Positions 35,271 through 47,141 of a DNA stretch of 55,250 nucleotides are shown here, piece after piece (within the stretch, counting starts at the first letter, position 1; each line of letters opens with the position of its first letter). Under the pieces are notes generated by a model. It made no database searches. It saw only the letters and a program-made list of their open reading frames with translations, and was not told the DNA's origin. A program made the position numbers and the translations under genes. Origin of the DNA: an uncultured bacterium. Its GTDB lineage: Bacteria > JADJOY01. Location of the stretch: NCBI GenBank assembly GCA_964447125.1, contig CAYUSL010000001.1:1-55250 (forward strand), written 5' to 3'.

Positions 35271-36121
35271 AGTCGCGATGTTCGTGGATCGCACCGTGGC
35301 TGGTAGCCGCGGTCGCTGGATCGGCCTCGGCAGCTACGGCGAGTGATCCGGTCGCCAGCCACCTGCCAAAGTCGCTCGAGGGTGTCACGTTCGAGCAGCG
35401 TCTGAGTCAGCAGTTGCCGCTGGACACCACGTTCACGGATGAATCGGGCACCGTGCGTCCACTCCGGGACTACATGCGTGGCAAGCCGGTGATCCTGACG
35501 CTCAACTACTTCGAGTGCCCGATGCTCTGTACCGTCGAGCTCAACGGCCTGGTTTCGGCGCTCAAGCCGCTCGAGCTCGCGGTGGGAAACGAGTTCGACA
35601 TCGTGACCGTGAGCTTCAATCCTGCGGAAGGGCCGGCGCTCGCGGAACAGAAGAAGGCTGAATACCTGAAGAGCTACGGGCGGCCGGAGGCGGCCGACGG
35701 CTGGCATTTTCTGACGGGTTCGGCAGAGTCGATCCGCGCGTTGACCGAGTCGGTAGGCTTCCACTACCGGTACGACGACGAGACGAAGCAGTTCGCGCAT
35801 GCAGCGGGTGTCGTGGTTCTCACCCCGGACGGCCGTGCGTCGCGCTATTTCTTCGGCGTCGAGTTCGCGCCGCGCGATCTGAAGCTCGCGTTGATCGAGT
35901 CGTCACAAGGAAAGATCGGCACTTTCGTCGATCGGGTTTTATTGTTCTGCTTCCACTATGACCCCGCCGAGGCGAAGTACGGCATCGCGGCGCTCAACCT
36001 CGTGCGTGCAGGTGGCGCGGTCACGGTGATAGGCCTCGTGGCGTTCGTCGTTCTCGGCAGCCGTGGCGACTCCTCGCGCCCGGTTCACCCGACGTCACGG
36101 GAGGTGACCCATGGGGTCTAA
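35267..36121 (+). CDS. SCO-family copper chaperone with a C-terminal membrane extension
   Basis: 284 aa with a signal peptide, LNYFECPMLCT (CxxxC), VSFNP, and a C-terminal helix VTVIGLVAFVVLG. Confidence 0.8.
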   Translation: MKSRCSWIAPWLVAAVAGSASAATASDPVASHLPKSLEGVTFEQRLSQQLPLDTTFTDESGTVRPLRDYMRGKPVILTLNYFECPMLCTVELNGLVSALKPLELAVGNEFDIVTVSFNPAEGPALAEQKKAEYLKSYGRPEAADGWHFLTGSAESIRALTESVGFHYRYDDETKQFAHAAGVVVLTPDGRASRYFFGVEFAPRDLKLALIESSQGKIGTFVDRVLLFCFHYDPAEAKYGIAALNLVRAGGAVTVIGLVAFVVLGSRGDSSRPVHPTSREVTHGV

Positions 36122-37111
36122 CGTCCCGTTGTTCCCGGAGGCGGCGTCTTCGGTCGCGCTCCGAGTCGATGCGCTCTTCTTCTTCTGGCTCGCGATCGCG
36201 CTGTTTTTCGGCGTGCTGATATTCGTGCTGGTGCCGGTTCTGGCGATCAAGTACCGACGCACGCCGGACAACATCACGCCACCGCCGTTGCACGGCTCGA
36301 CGCCGCTCGAAATCGGCTGGACGGTTGCGCCGTTCATACTCGCCCTCGTGCTCTTCGGCTGGGGGGCGGTGGTGTTCTTTCACATCTATCGCCCTCCCAA
36401 CGACACCATGAACGTGGATGTGGTGGGCAAGCGCTGGATGTGGAAGCTGCAGCACGCGAACGGAAAGCGCGAGATCAACGAGCTGCACGTTCCGCTCGGC
36501 CGCGCGGTCAAGCTGCGCATGACGTCCGAGGACGTGATCCACAGCTTCTACGTGCCAGCGTTCCGAGTGAAGACCGACGTTCTGCCCGGTCGTTACACCA
36601 CGCTTTGGTTCCGCGCCACCAAGCCCGGCCGTTATCACCTGTTCTGCGCCGAGTACTGCGGCACGGAGCACTCGAAGATGGGTGGGTGGGTCGAAGTGAT
36701 GCAGCCGGAAGACTTCCAACGTTGGCTCGCGGGCGGCGGTGGCGCGCCCGGGCAAGCGCAGGTGTCGCCGGTGGCGGCGGGCGCCGCGCTCTTCACGAAG
36801 TTCGCCTGTGCGAGCTGCCATCGACAGCCCGGGCCGGGTGAGCCGCCGGCCCTCGGACCGAATCTGAAAGGCGTGTTCGGGCATCCGGTGAAGCTGAAGA
36901 GTGGCGATACGGTGGTCGCCGACGAGGCATACATCCGCCGCTCGATCCTCGAGCCGCTCGCGGACGTCGTGGAGGGCTTCAATCCGGTGATGCCCACCTT
37001 CAAGGGCCAAGTGGACGAAGAGCAGCTCTTGGCCTTGATCGAGTACGTGAAGTCGCTGAAAGCACCGGAGGCTGATGGCGCCGGCACGGCAGCAGCGGCA
37101 GGAGCTGCGCC

Positions 37112-37115
<4 letters not shown>
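36111..37115 (+). CDS. ctaC: caa3-type cytochrome c oxidase subunit II with a fused cytochrome c domain
   Basis: 334 aa with the RBS GGGAGGTGA. CuA ligands are VIHSF ... [12 protein letters not shown]. The C-terminal domain carries CASCH and MP.F. Confidence 0.9.
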
Positions 37116-38752
<1,637 letters not shown>

Positions 38753-38756
38753 CGCG

Positions 38757-39410
38757 ATGACCACCCACGCGCCGGGCGGCCACCCCGTCGCCCATCAGTT
38801 CGCGAGCGCACGGCAGCAACGCGAGGCCGCCACCCTCGGCATGTGGTTCTTCCTGGTCCAGGAAGTGCTCTTCTTCGGTGGACTGTTCGCGACCTACGCC
38901 GTTTATCGGTTCCGCTTCCCCGAAGGGTGGGCGGAAGCGAGCCGCGAGCTCAACGTCGTCCTGGGCGGCATCAACACGGCAGTCCTCATCATGAGCTCGC
39001 TGACGATGGCGCTGGCCGTTCACGGCGCGCAGACCAGCAATCGTCGCGCACAGGTCCTATCGCTGATCGCAACCATCGTGCTGGGCTCGGCGTTCCTGGT
39101 GATCAAGGGCTTCGAGTACCACCACAAATGGGTCGAGCACCTGATCCCGGGACCGCACTTCCAGTTCCACGGTCCCGAGGCGCCGCACGCGAGGATCTTC
39201 TTTGCGGTCTACTTCGCCATGACGGGGATGCACGCGTTCCACATGGTGATCGGCATCGGTCTGCTCCTTTGGCTGCTCAAGAACGCTGCGAAGGGCGTCT
39301 ACACCGCCGCGTACAACACGCCGGTGGAAAACGTCGGGCTCTACTGGCACTTCGTCGACATCGTCTGGATCTTCCTCTTTCCCTTGCTCTATCTCGTGCA
39401 TCGTCACTGA
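38757..39410 (+). CDS. ctaE: Cytochrome c oxidase subunit III
   Basis: The ATG at 38757 lies just after the subunit I stop; the ORF-track TTG at 38745 would overlap it. Motifs: [19 protein letters not shown]...G and [18 protein letters not shown]. Confidence 0.85.
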   Translation: MTTHAPGGHPVAHQFASARQQREAATLGMWFFLVQEVLFFGGLFATYAVYRFRFPEGWAEASRELNVVLGGINTAVLIMSSLTMALAVHGAQTSNRRAQVLSLIATIVLGSAFLVIKGFEYHHKWVEHLIPGPHFQFHGPEAPHARIFFAVYFAMTGMHAFHMVIGIGLLLWLLKNAAKGVYTAAYNTPVENVGLYWHFVDIVWIFLFPLLYLVHRH

Positions 39411-39422
39411 CGAGGTCATCCC

Positions 39423-39755
39423 GTGTCCGAGGCGCATTACACGACGTCGCACGACGACGATCACGCGAGCGGTCACGTCGGGTCGCTCAAGGTCTACTTC
39501 GCGATCTTCGGCGCGCTACTCTTGGGCACGGCGATCACCGTCGCCGCCGCATATCACGACTTTGGTGCGCTCGGCCTGCCGATCGCGATGCTCATCGCGA
39601 TCGTGAAGGCGACGCTCGTCGTGCTCTTCTTCATGCATGTGAAATACGAGATGCCGCTGGTGAAGGCGATGGTGCCCATGGCCATCGCTTTCCTGCTCGT
39701 GCTCTTCGGTTTCGTGTTCTCGGACTACGTGGGGCGTACCTTTCCGCTCTGGTGA
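39423..39755 (+). CDS. Prokaryotic cytochrome c oxidase subunit IV family protein
   Basis: 110 aa, GTG start, 3 helices, with the IVKATLVVLFFMHV motif. Confidence 0.7.
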   Translation: MSEAHYTTSHDDDHASGHVGSLKVYFAIFGALLLGTAITVAAAYHDFGALGLPIAMLIAIVKATLVVLFFMHVKYEMPLVKAMVPMAIAFLLVLFGFVFSDYVGRTFPLW

Positions 39756-39761
39756 CCGTGC

Positions 39762-40376
39762 TCACCCGAAATCGGATCGGGTGATGGGAACGTACCGGGG
39801 CTGGGCCGCGACTCGCGATAGCCACGCGCGGATGTGAGGGTAGGGCGTGAGCTCGAAGCTGCCCTCGTCGGCGACGTGGGTGTACGCGTAGAGCGCCACG
39901 TCCGCAATCGAGTAGCGTTCGCCCACGAAGTAAGTGCGGCCGTCGAGGTGGCGCTCCATCACTCCGAGCGCGGCGTAGCCCTTCTCGAGCTTCTCCGGTA
40001 GTTGAGCACGACGCTGGTCGTCGAGCCCAAAGACGTGTAGCCACGCGCGCGCCACGGCGACGTAGGGCTCGTGGCTGTACTGCTCGAAGAACATCCACTG
40101 CAGCACTTCGGCGCGCTCGAAGGGATCGGCCGGCAGGAAGGGCGTTCCATCGGCGAAATACCAGAGGATCGCGTTCGACTCCGCGAGGCGACGGCCATCC
40201 CCGAGGTCGACTGCCGGGATTCGGCCGTTGGGATTGATCGCCAGGAAGTCGGGCGTGCGCGTCTCGCCCTTCACGATGTCTTTCTGCACCAGGCGGAACG
40301 GTATCTCGAGCTGGTGGAGCAGCAGCCTGACTTTGTAGCCGTTGCCCGAGGGGAGATAGTCGTAGAGCGTGATCAT
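39762..40376 (-). CDS. Glutathione S-transferase
   Basis: Only the C-terminal 204 aa of the 577-aa ORF look protein-like. They start at the ATG at 40376: MITLYDYLPSGNGYKVRLLL..., NPNGRIPA, ESNAIL.Y, and a C-terminal helical domain with SIADVALYAY. Confidence 0.8.
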   Translation of the reverse strand: MITLYDYLPSGNGYKVRLLLHQLEIPFRLVQKDIVKGETRTPDFLAINPNGRIPAVDLGDGRRLAESNAILWYFADGTPFLPADPFERAEVLQWMFFEQYSHEPYVAVARAWLHVFGLDDQRRAQLPEKLEKGYAALGVMERHLDGRTYFVGERYSIADVALYAYTHVADEGSFELTPYPHIRAWLSRVAAQPRYVPITRSDFG

Positions 40377-40438
40377 GTCGGGCCTTCGTCCGCGTCGCGA
40401 ATTCCGCGTCCAGTGTGAGCTGCGTGCTGCCGTTGCCG

Positions 40439-41917
40439 TCAGGTACGGGGAGTGGGGAGGCTCAGAATACAGTGCTCCCACGCACCCAGCTCGACGTGCA
40501 GGGTGGCGGTCTCGGCGATCGCACCGCGCAGGGCACCGGTGGCGAGATCGACGACGGCTTGCCGTCCGGCAGCGTGCAGGTCGTCGCGGCGCAACTCGAT
40601 CGTGGCGCTGGCGGGCTCGGCCGACCAGTTGATCACGACGGCAACCACCTCGTCGTCGGCGCGCCAGCGCCACGCGAGAATCGGTGACTCGCCTCCTGAA
40701 TGCGCCGCCTCTTCGTTGGTGACGAGCAGCGACCAGGTCCCGCTGGTGAACGCCGCACCGCGCGTGACCGCGAGCAACTCGCGCACGAAATGCCCTTCCT
40801 CCGCTGCCTCGCCTGCTTCGGAGGCGCGCGCCAGATGGATGGGTGCGCGCAAGCTGGCACCCTCGAGCTGACCGTCGTGGACGAGGGCCATACCGGGGAG
40901 CGTGAGCATCACGACGGTCGCGGCGCGGGCGCGATCGCGTCCGAACGCGGCCAGCGCCCGTTCCTCGTCGTGGTTTTCGACGAAATGCACGCCACGCGAG
41001 AGCCAGGAGCGCGCGGCGCCGAGATGGGTGCGAAGCGCGCTCAGACGATCGGCCAGGAGCAGGTCGTAGACCGTCTTGTCGTAGGCGAAATCGAACCCGA
41101 GCTCGAGCAGCTCGGGCTCGAGGCCCCAGTACGCTTCGGCGAGAAGCATCGTGCCCGAGGATCGCTTGCGAACCCGCCCAATGAGCTCGGACCAAAGCTC
41201 GGCCTGCGCTGGCGCCCCGACGGGAAGCAGCTCGCCCCAAGCGCGCGCCACGACGCGGTTGAGGCCGAGCATCGCCAGGTCCACGCGCACCCCGTCCGCC
41301 AGCTCGGCGACGTGGGTGAGATTGCTCTCCAGTGCGGCGCGTGCGTCGGCGTTCGTGTAGTCCACTTGGACGGTGTCCCGCCAGGGCGGGAAATTCGGGT
41401 CGCGCCCGTGGGCAAAGTGCGCTCCGCCGGGCCCCTCGAAGAACCAGTCGGGGTGCTCGACGACCTCCCGGTCGCTCCCGCGTAGCAGCCGCCATGGGTG
41501 CGTCGTGAGCCAGCGATGGTCCGCCCCCAGATGATTGGGGACGAAGTCGAGGACCAAGCGCAGGCCGAGGCGGTTGAGCTGAGCGCGCAGCTTCGCGATC
41601 TCACCTTCGTCGCCGAGGCCCGGTGCGATCGAGTAGTCGTGAATCGCGTAGGGCGAGCCGAGGATGTCGTCGTCGCACAGATCCGGCAGAACCTCGGCCC
41701 AGCGACGTCGGTCGGGTGAGGTGAGGGCGAGTGCTCGCGAGGCGGGACTGCGCTTCCACACGCCCATCACCCAAACCAGTCCGAAGCCCAGCGCGACGAG
41801 CTCGCTCCAGACCTCGTCGGGCACGGTGGCGAGCGTGAGGGACCGGCCGATCCTGAGCGACTGTCGGTGCAACCACGCGGGCGCGTGAAGCTCGTAGATT
41901 CTGGGCTGAGAACGCAT
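40439..41917 (-). CDS. GH13 (alpha-amylase family) glycoside hydrolase
   Basis: It has RLVLDFVPNH (alpha-amylase conserved region I) and DGVRVDLA (region II-like). The start is tentatively the ATG at 41917 (MRSQPRIYELH); the upstream part of the 525-aa ORF is Arg/Ala-rich and unconvincing. Confidence 0.65.
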   Translation of the reverse strand: MRSQPRIYELHAPAWLHRQSLRIGRSLTLATVPDEVWSELVALGFGLVWVMGVWKRSPASRALALTSPDRRRWAEVLPDLCDDDILGSPYAIHDYSIAPGLGDEGEIAKLRAQLNRLGLRLVLDFVPNHLGADHRWLTTHPWRLLRGSDREVVEHPDWFFEGPGGAHFAHGRDPNFPPWRDTVQVDYTNADARAALESNLTHVAELADGVRVDLAMLGLNRVVARAWGELLPVGAPAQAELWSELIGRVRKRSSGTMLLAEAYWGLEPELLELGFDFAYDKTVYDLLLADRLSALRTHLGAARSWLSRGVHFVENHDEERALAAFGRDRARAATVVMLTLPGMALVHDGQLEGASLRAPIHLARASEAGEAAEEGHFVRELLAVTRGAAFTSGTWSLLVTNEEAAHSGGESPILAWRWRADDEVVAVVINWSAEPASATIELRRDDLHAAGRQAVVDLATGALRGAIAETATLHVELGAWEHCILSLPTPRT

Positions 41918-42262
41918 GCTTCGCTCCGAGTTTGTCGCGCGTTCGTTTCGCGGCGCAGGTTGCCGACACCCGGCACCACGGTGGGCCGTCGCGTCGGCTG
42001 CGACCACCGCTGTCACGTGGTGGCGAGGCGCCGCTCCGAAGCGTGGCTCGCACGGCTCGACTCGTCATCCCCGGCGCCTGCGACGCCGCGTCTCACGGGT
42101 GCGAAGCGCTTCGCGGAAAGGCTCGCATCGCGAGGCATGTTCGCGCCACCTTCGCCGCGCCGACCTCGGGTGCGCCGTTGCCCGCGCTCCGCTACGAGCT
42201 GCGGCTGGAAGGCTCGCTTCAGTTGGGCGCGGTGCGAAGCGAACGGGTAGATTCGCGCGGTC

Positions 42263-42982
42263 ATGCCCGGGGTGCTCGATCTGACCGACGGCCTCGCCCA
42301 CGCAGGCCTGGACCTCGCCGCCACGTTCGTGGTGCAGCGTTACAACGACCAGGTCGCGACTCGCCATCGACTGCCCGAGTTCGGTCACGCGCGGACCCAG
42401 GGGTTGGTCGTCGGGAACTCTCGCGAGCTTTGGGCACCCTTCCTCCACTCGCTGGCGCACGATTCGCGCGGGCTTCGTTCGCTTCATCCCCTCGACCGTT
42501 ACGTCGAGGTCACGATTCGTGAGGCGCTCGCAGGGCTCGGCGTCCGCCATCAGGTCCGCTGGGCTCATGCCCGGTTGTCTCGTCCGGTGGCGATCCAGCG
42601 CGCCGCATACGTGGCCGGTCTGGCGCTGCCTGCGCCGTGCCGGTTGGCGATCCATCCGCGCTTCGGGCTTTGGATCGGTCTGCGCGCCGCCATCGCGTTC
42701 GATTGCCCGTGGGACGACGGGCTGCCAACGTCACCGCCTACCCGGGCTCACCCTTGCGACGGTTGCGACCGCCCATGCGTGGCAGCATTCGAGCATGCCG
42801 TGCTGGCGACCGAAGGGCAGAGTGGATGCGACGCTTCCGGGTGGCTCGCGGTCCGTGAGGCCTGCCCTCTCGCATCCGATCAGCGCTACGACGAGGGGCA
42901 GATCCGCTACCACTACACCAAGGATCGGGCGGTGCTGCGCGAAGCCGTAGCCTCCCTTCGTCCTTCGACATTCGTTCGTTGA
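42263..42982 (+). CDS. MMACHC (CblC)-like protein, tentative
   Basis: 239 aa. FVVQRYN, LVVGNSRELWAPFL and IHPRFGLWIGLRAAIAF resemble the MMACHC strings as I recall them (..QVGWYN.., IHPRFGGWFAIRGVVL). A Cys-rich segment CDGCDRPC follows. This assignment is from memory only. Confidence 0.4.
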   Translation: MPGVLDLTDGLAHAGLDLAATFVVQRYNDQVATRHRLPEFGHARTQGLVVGNSRELWAPFLHSLAHDSRGLRSLHPLDRYVEVTIREALAGLGVRHQVRWAHARLSRPVAIQRAAYVAGLALPAPCRLAIHPRFGLWIGLRAAIAFDCPWDDGLPTSPPTRAHPCDGCDRPCVAAFEHAVLATEGQSGCDASGWLAVREACPLASDQRYDEGQIRYHYTKDRAVLREAVASLRPSTFVR

Positions 42983-43135
42983 CGCGCTGCGGCGCGGCTC
43001 AATATCTTGGCCACTGAACGCCGTTCGCTCGTCCGCTCGGGAACGGCTCGCCTTCCGCAACCCCATCTCGATCGTTCCGGGTCCGCCGTGCACGAGCACG
43101 GCCACCGTCGCGGCCCGCACGAGAGAGGAGCCATC

Positions 43136-45556
43136 ATGAAGCGAGAGATCCGCAAGGTCGCCGTGCTGGGCTCGGGTGTCATGGGCAGCGCCATCGCTGC
43201 CCACCTGGCGAACGCCGGCATCCCGTCGCTCCTGCTCGACATCGTTCCGAAGGCGCCCGACCCGGCCGAGGAGAAGGCGGGTCTCACGCTTCAATCGAAG
43301 GCGGTGCGCAACCGCTTTGCGCGCGTCGCGCTCGAGAACGCGGCCAAGGCGAAGCCGGCGCCGTTCTTCGACAACGCTCTCGGGTCGCTGATCGAGATCG
43401 GCAACTTCGACGACGACTTCGCGCGCATCGGCGAGTGCGACTGGATCGTCGAGGTGGTGGTCGAGAACCTCGAGATCAAGAAGCAGGTGATGTCGCGGAT
43501 CGCCGAGCACCGAAAGCCCGGCTCGATCGTCAGCTCGAACACCAGCGGCATCCCCATCGGCGCGATGAGTGCCCACTGCCCGAAGGAGTTCCGCGAGAAC
43601 TTCCTCGGCACGCACTTCTTCAACCCGGTCCGCTACATGAAGCTCCTCGAGATCATCCCCGGGCCGGACACGCTGCCCGAGGTGCTCTCGTTCATGAGCG
43701 AGTTCGGCGAGCGCGTCCTCGGCAAGGGGATCGTGCGCTGCAAGGACACTCCCAACTTCGTCGCGAATCGCATCGGCGTGTTCGGCATGCTGCGCACCAT
43801 GCACCTGATGGAGGAGCTCAAGTACACGATCGACGAGGTCGACGCGATCACCGGACCGCCCATGGCGCACCCGCGCTCGGCGTCGTTCCGCACCGGCGAC
43901 CTGGCCGGCGTCGACACCCTCGTGCACGTCTGCGACAACGTGTTTGCGAGCGTGCCCAACGACGAGATGCGCGACACCTTCAAGGTGCCCGAGTTCGTGC
44001 GTGCGATGGTCGCGGCGAAGCGCCTCGGCGACAAGACCGGCGGCGGCTTCTACAAGAAGGGCAAGAGCCCCACGGGCGAGCGCCAGAACCTGACGCTCGA
44101 TCCCGCGAGCGGCGAGTACAAGCCCTCGGAGAAGATCAAGATCGACTCGCTGGGCGTCGCCAAGAACCTGGATAGCGCCGCCGATCGCCTGAAGAACACG
44201 GTCTACGCCGAGGACCGCGCAGGCGCTTTCGCGTGGCCGCTGATGCGCGACACGCTGGTGTATTCGGCGAATCGCGTCCCCGAGATCGCCGACTCGCTCT
44301 CCGAGCTCGACCGCGCGATGCGCTGGGGCTTCAACTGGGACTTGGGTCCGTTCGAGTCGTGGGACGCGATCGGTGTCGAGGAATCCGTCGCGAGGATGCA
44401 GGCCGAGAAGGTGAAGGTTCCATCGTGGGTCGAGCAGATGCTCGCCGCGGGCAAGAAGACCTTCTACGTCCGCAAGGACGGCGTGCGCTGCGTCTACGAT
44501 CCGGCGAAGAAGGACTACGTCGCCGAGACCGTGCACCCCAGGGTGATTCTGCTGCCGTCGCTCAAGGAACGCAGCAAGACCATCAAGGAGAATTCGTCGG
44601 CCTCGCTGATCGACCTCGGCGACGGGGTCGCATGCCTCGAGTTCCACTCCAAGATGAACGCGGTGGATGCCGACCTCATCGCGCTGCTCTCCGAGGGCAT
44701 CGACTACGTCGCGGCCAACGGCGAGGGGCTGGTCATCGCCAACCACGATCCGCAGGCCTTCAGCGCGGGCGCCAACCTGATGCTCATCTACATGGCGGCT
44801 CAGCAGCAGATGTGGGCCGACATCGAGAAGCTCTCGGGCGAGTTCCAGCAGGCCAACATGAAGCTCAAGACCGCGCCCAAGCCGGTGGTGGTCGCACCAG
44901 CCGGTCTGGCGCTCGGCGGCGGTGCCGAGATCGTGCTGCACGGGCCGAAGGTCCGCGCCCACGGCGAGCTCTATTGCGGTCTGGTGGAAGTGGGCGTTGG
45001 CCTGATTCCCGGGGCCGGCGGCTGCAAGGAGCTGGCGGTGCGCGCCACCCAGGGTCTGCCGCAGGGCGGCATGGTGGCCGTCGATCCGGCGCCGTTCATC
45101 GCACGCGCCTTCGAGGCGATCGCGATGGCGAAGGTATCGATGAGTGCCGTGGAGGCCCGCAACTCGGGCTTCCTGCGGGTGAGCGACGGCATCACGCTCA
45201 ATCGAGATCACCTCATCCAGGACGCGAAGGACGAGGTGCTGCACATGGCGCGCATGGGCTATTGCCCGGCGCAGCCGCGCGCCGACGTGGTGGTGGGTGG
45301 CGAGCCGGTGTGCGCCGCGCTGGTGGCGGCGGTGCAGGGTATGAAGCGCAGCGGCTTCGTGAGCGACCACGACGTGAAGATCGCCTCGAAGATCGCGTAC
45401 GTGATCACGGGCGGTCCGGTGGCCGCGGGCACCAAGGTCAGCGAGCAGTACCTTCTCGACCTCGAGCGCGAGGCGTTCCTGAGCCTGGTCGGCGAGGCCA
45501 AGTCGCAGGAGCGAATCCAGCACATGCTGCTCAAGGGAAAGCCGCTCCGGAACTGA
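43136..45556 (+). CDS. Multifunctional 3-hydroxyacyl-CoA dehydrogenase / enoyl-CoA hydratase (FadN/FadB-like)
   Basis: The start is trimmed to the ATG at 43136 (RBS GAGAGAGGAG). It has the N-terminal NAD fold VAVLGSGVMGSAIAAHLANAG, NTSG and FFNP motifs, and a C-terminal crotonase-like region with GGG.E. Confidence 0.85.
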   Translation: MKREIRKVAVLGSGVMGSAIAAHLANAGIPSLLLDIVPKAPDPAEEKAGLTLQSKAVRNRFARVALENAAKAKPAPFFDNALGSLIEIGNFDDDFARIGECDWIVEVVVENLEIKKQVMSRIAEHRKPGSIVSSNTSGIPIGAMSAHCPKEFRENFLGTHFFNPVRYMKLLEIIPGPDTLPEVLSFMSEFGERVLGKGIVRCKDTPNFVANRIGVFGMLRTMHLMEELKYTIDEVDAITGPPMAHPRSASFRTGDLAGVDTLVHVCDNVFASVPNDEMRDTFKVPEFVRAMVAAKRLGDKTGGGFYKKGKSPTGERQNLTLDPASGEYKPSEKIKIDSLGVAKNLDSAADRLKNTVYAEDRAGAFAWPLMRDTLVYSANRVPEIADSLSELDRAMRWGFNWDLGPFESWDAIGVEESVARMQAEKVKVPSWVEQMLAAGKKTFYVRKDGVRCVYDPAKKDYVAETVHPRVILLPSLKERSKTIKENSSASLIDLGDGVACLEFHSKMNAVDADLIALLSEGIDYVAANGEGLVIANHDPQAFSAGANLMLIYMAAQQQMWADIEKLSGEFQQANMKLKTAPKPVVVAPAGLALGGGAEIVLHGPKVRAHGELYCGLVEVGVGLIPGAGGCKELAVRATQGLPQGGMVAVDPAPFIARAFEAIAMAKVSMSAVEARNSGFLRVSDGITLNRDHLIQDAKDEVLHMARMGYCPAQPRADVVVGGEPVCAALVAAVQGMKRSGFVSDHDVKIASKIAYVITGGPVAAGTKVSEQYLLDLEREAFLSLVGEAKSQERIQHMLLKGKPLRN

Positions 45557-45658
45557 TCCGGTGCCGATGCTCAACGACGACGAATGAGCGAACACCGTTT
45601 GTGAACGGCTCGCGCCGGAGGCGCGACGGCGAGCAGAGCGAGCCGACTTGGGGTGGAG

Positions 45659-45708
45659 CCCCGCAAAAATCGCGCTTCTTGCGGGGCGGGGGGCTGGAAT
45701 AGCCCCCC
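45659..45708. other. Two tandem GC-rich hairpins in the fadN-like/thiolase intergenic region
   Basis: CCCCGCAA (45659-45666) pairs with TTGCGGGG (45679-45686) across a 12-nt loop. GGGGGGCT (45688-45695) pairs with AGCCCCCC (45701-45708) across a 5-nt loop. No U-tract follows either stem. Confidence 0.4.
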
Positions 45709-45742
45709 GGAGAAATCACTCGAGACGATCCAGGAGGACGCC

Positions 45743-46924
45743 ATGGAAGATGCAGTGATCGTGTCGTCGGTTCGCACCGCGGTCGGAAAGGCACCACGCG
45801 GAACGCTGCGCTACACCCGTCCGGACGACATGGGTGGCACCGCCATCAAGGCTGCGCTGGAACGCGCGCCCGGCGTCGCTGCCGAAGAGATCGGCGACGT
45901 GGTGATGGGCTGCGCCATGCCGGAAGGCGAGCAGGGCATGAACGTGGCGCGGGTCGCCGCGACCCTCGGCGGCCTGCCCAACAGCGTGCCCGCGTACACC
46001 GTGAACCGCTTCTGCAGCTCGGGGCTCCAGGCGATTGCCATCGCCGCCGAGCGCATCATGATCGGCGCGGACAGCGCCGCGATCGGTGGCGGGCTGGAGT
46101 CGATGAGCCTGGTGCCGATGGGTGGCAACAAGATCGTGCCCAACCCCAAGCTCGTCGAGACCTATCCCGACGTGTACATCGGCATGGGTCACACCGCCGA
46201 GGCGGTGGCGCAGCGTTTCGAGGTGAGCCGCCGCGAGCAGGACGAGTTCGCCGTGACCAGCCACCAGAAGGCGGCGGCGGCGATCGCGGCCGGCAAGTTC
46301 AAGGACGAGATCGTGCCTCTCGACGCGAAGGTCTACACCGTCGGCAAGGACGGCCGCCCCGCGAGCGCCACCAAGGTGTTCGATACCGACGAGGGTGTGC
46401 GGGCCGACACCAGCCTCGACGGTCTCTCCAAGCTGCGCCCGGCGTTCCACCCGGCCGGCAGCGTGACCGCCGGTAACTCCTCGCAGACCAGCGACGGCGC
46501 CGCAGCGAGCGTGCTGGTTTCGGCGAAGCGCGCCAAGCAACTCAAGCTCGCGCCGCTCGGCATCTACCGCGCGTTCGCGGTGGCGGGCTGCGACCCCGAC
46601 ATCATGGGCATCGGCCCCGCGCTCGCGATCCCCAAGCTCCTCGAGAAGGCCGGTGTGAAGCTCGAGGACATCGATCTCTTCGAGATCAACGAGGCGTTCG
46701 CGTCGCAAGCCGTGTACGTGGTGCGCAAGCTCGGCATCGATCCCGCCAAGGTGAACGTGAACGGCGGCGCCATCGCCCTCGGCCACCCGCTCGGCTGCAC
46801 CGGCGCCAAGCTCACCGCCACGCTGCTTCACGAGATGGGCCGCCGCAAGGCGCGCTACGGGATCGTGAGCATGTGCATCGGCGGCGGCATGGGCGCTGCG
46901 GGACTCTTCGAGCGTCCAGCCTGA
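45743..46924 (+). CDS. fadA: Acetyl-CoA C-acyltransferase (thiolase)
   Basis: ATG at 45743 with the RBS AGGAGGA. Motifs: VIVSSVRTAVGKA, NRFCSSGLQA (active-site Cys), NEAFA and GGAIALGHPLGCTGA. Confidence 0.9.
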   Translation: MEDAVIVSSVRTAVGKAPRGTLRYTRPDDMGGTAIKAALERAPGVAAEEIGDVVMGCAMPEGEQGMNVARVAATLGGLPNSVPAYTVNRFCSSGLQAIAIAAERIMIGADSAAIGGGLESMSLVPMGGNKIVPNPKLVETYPDVYIGMGHTAEAVAQRFEVSRREQDEFAVTSHQKAAAAIAAGKFKDEIVPLDAKVYTVGKDGRPASATKVFDTDEGVRADTSLDGLSKLRPAFHPAGSVTAGNSSQTSDGAAASVLVSAKRAKQLKLAPLGIYRAFAVAGCDPDIMGIGPALAIPKLLEKAGVKLEDIDLFEINEAFASQAVYVVRKLGIDPAKVNVNGGAIALGHPLGCTGAKLTATLLHEMGRRKARYGIVSMCIGGGMGAAGLFERPA

Positions 46925-47141
46925 TCCGCCGATCCACTGCCGGGTGAGCGTCTCGTCGCTCGCCGGCTCGCCCCTGGGCTTCATCGCCCAGGGGCGTTTT
47001 CACGTGTGTGGCCTGCGTCGGACACCTGGCGCGCGAGGTGGGCCTACATGGCCCGCTGGGCTGCGGTACGGCGATTGCTCTTCGTCGGCGGCGTCGAGAC
47101 GGATCTCGACTCCCGACACCTGCCACCTGCGAGCTTTCGAC

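Noticed and set aside
40377-41495. The upstream 373 aa of the 577-aa ORF that contains the GST.
   Set aside because: The sequence is Arg-rich and low-complexity, and it is antisense to the GH13 gene. The GST fold begins at the ATG at 40376 (MITLYDY...).
42731-45595. Very long antisense or alternative-frame ORFs. Examples: 954 aa at 42731-45595 (-), 1012 aa at 27964-31002 (-), 751 aa at 13018-15273 (+), 637 aa at 46812-48725 (-), 618 aa at 5521-7377 (+).
   Set aside because: They lie opposite to, or out of frame with, genes that have clear family motifs. Their translations are Arg/Ala/Gly/Pro-rich with no recognisable motifs. This is the expected consequence of rare stop codons in high-GC DNA.
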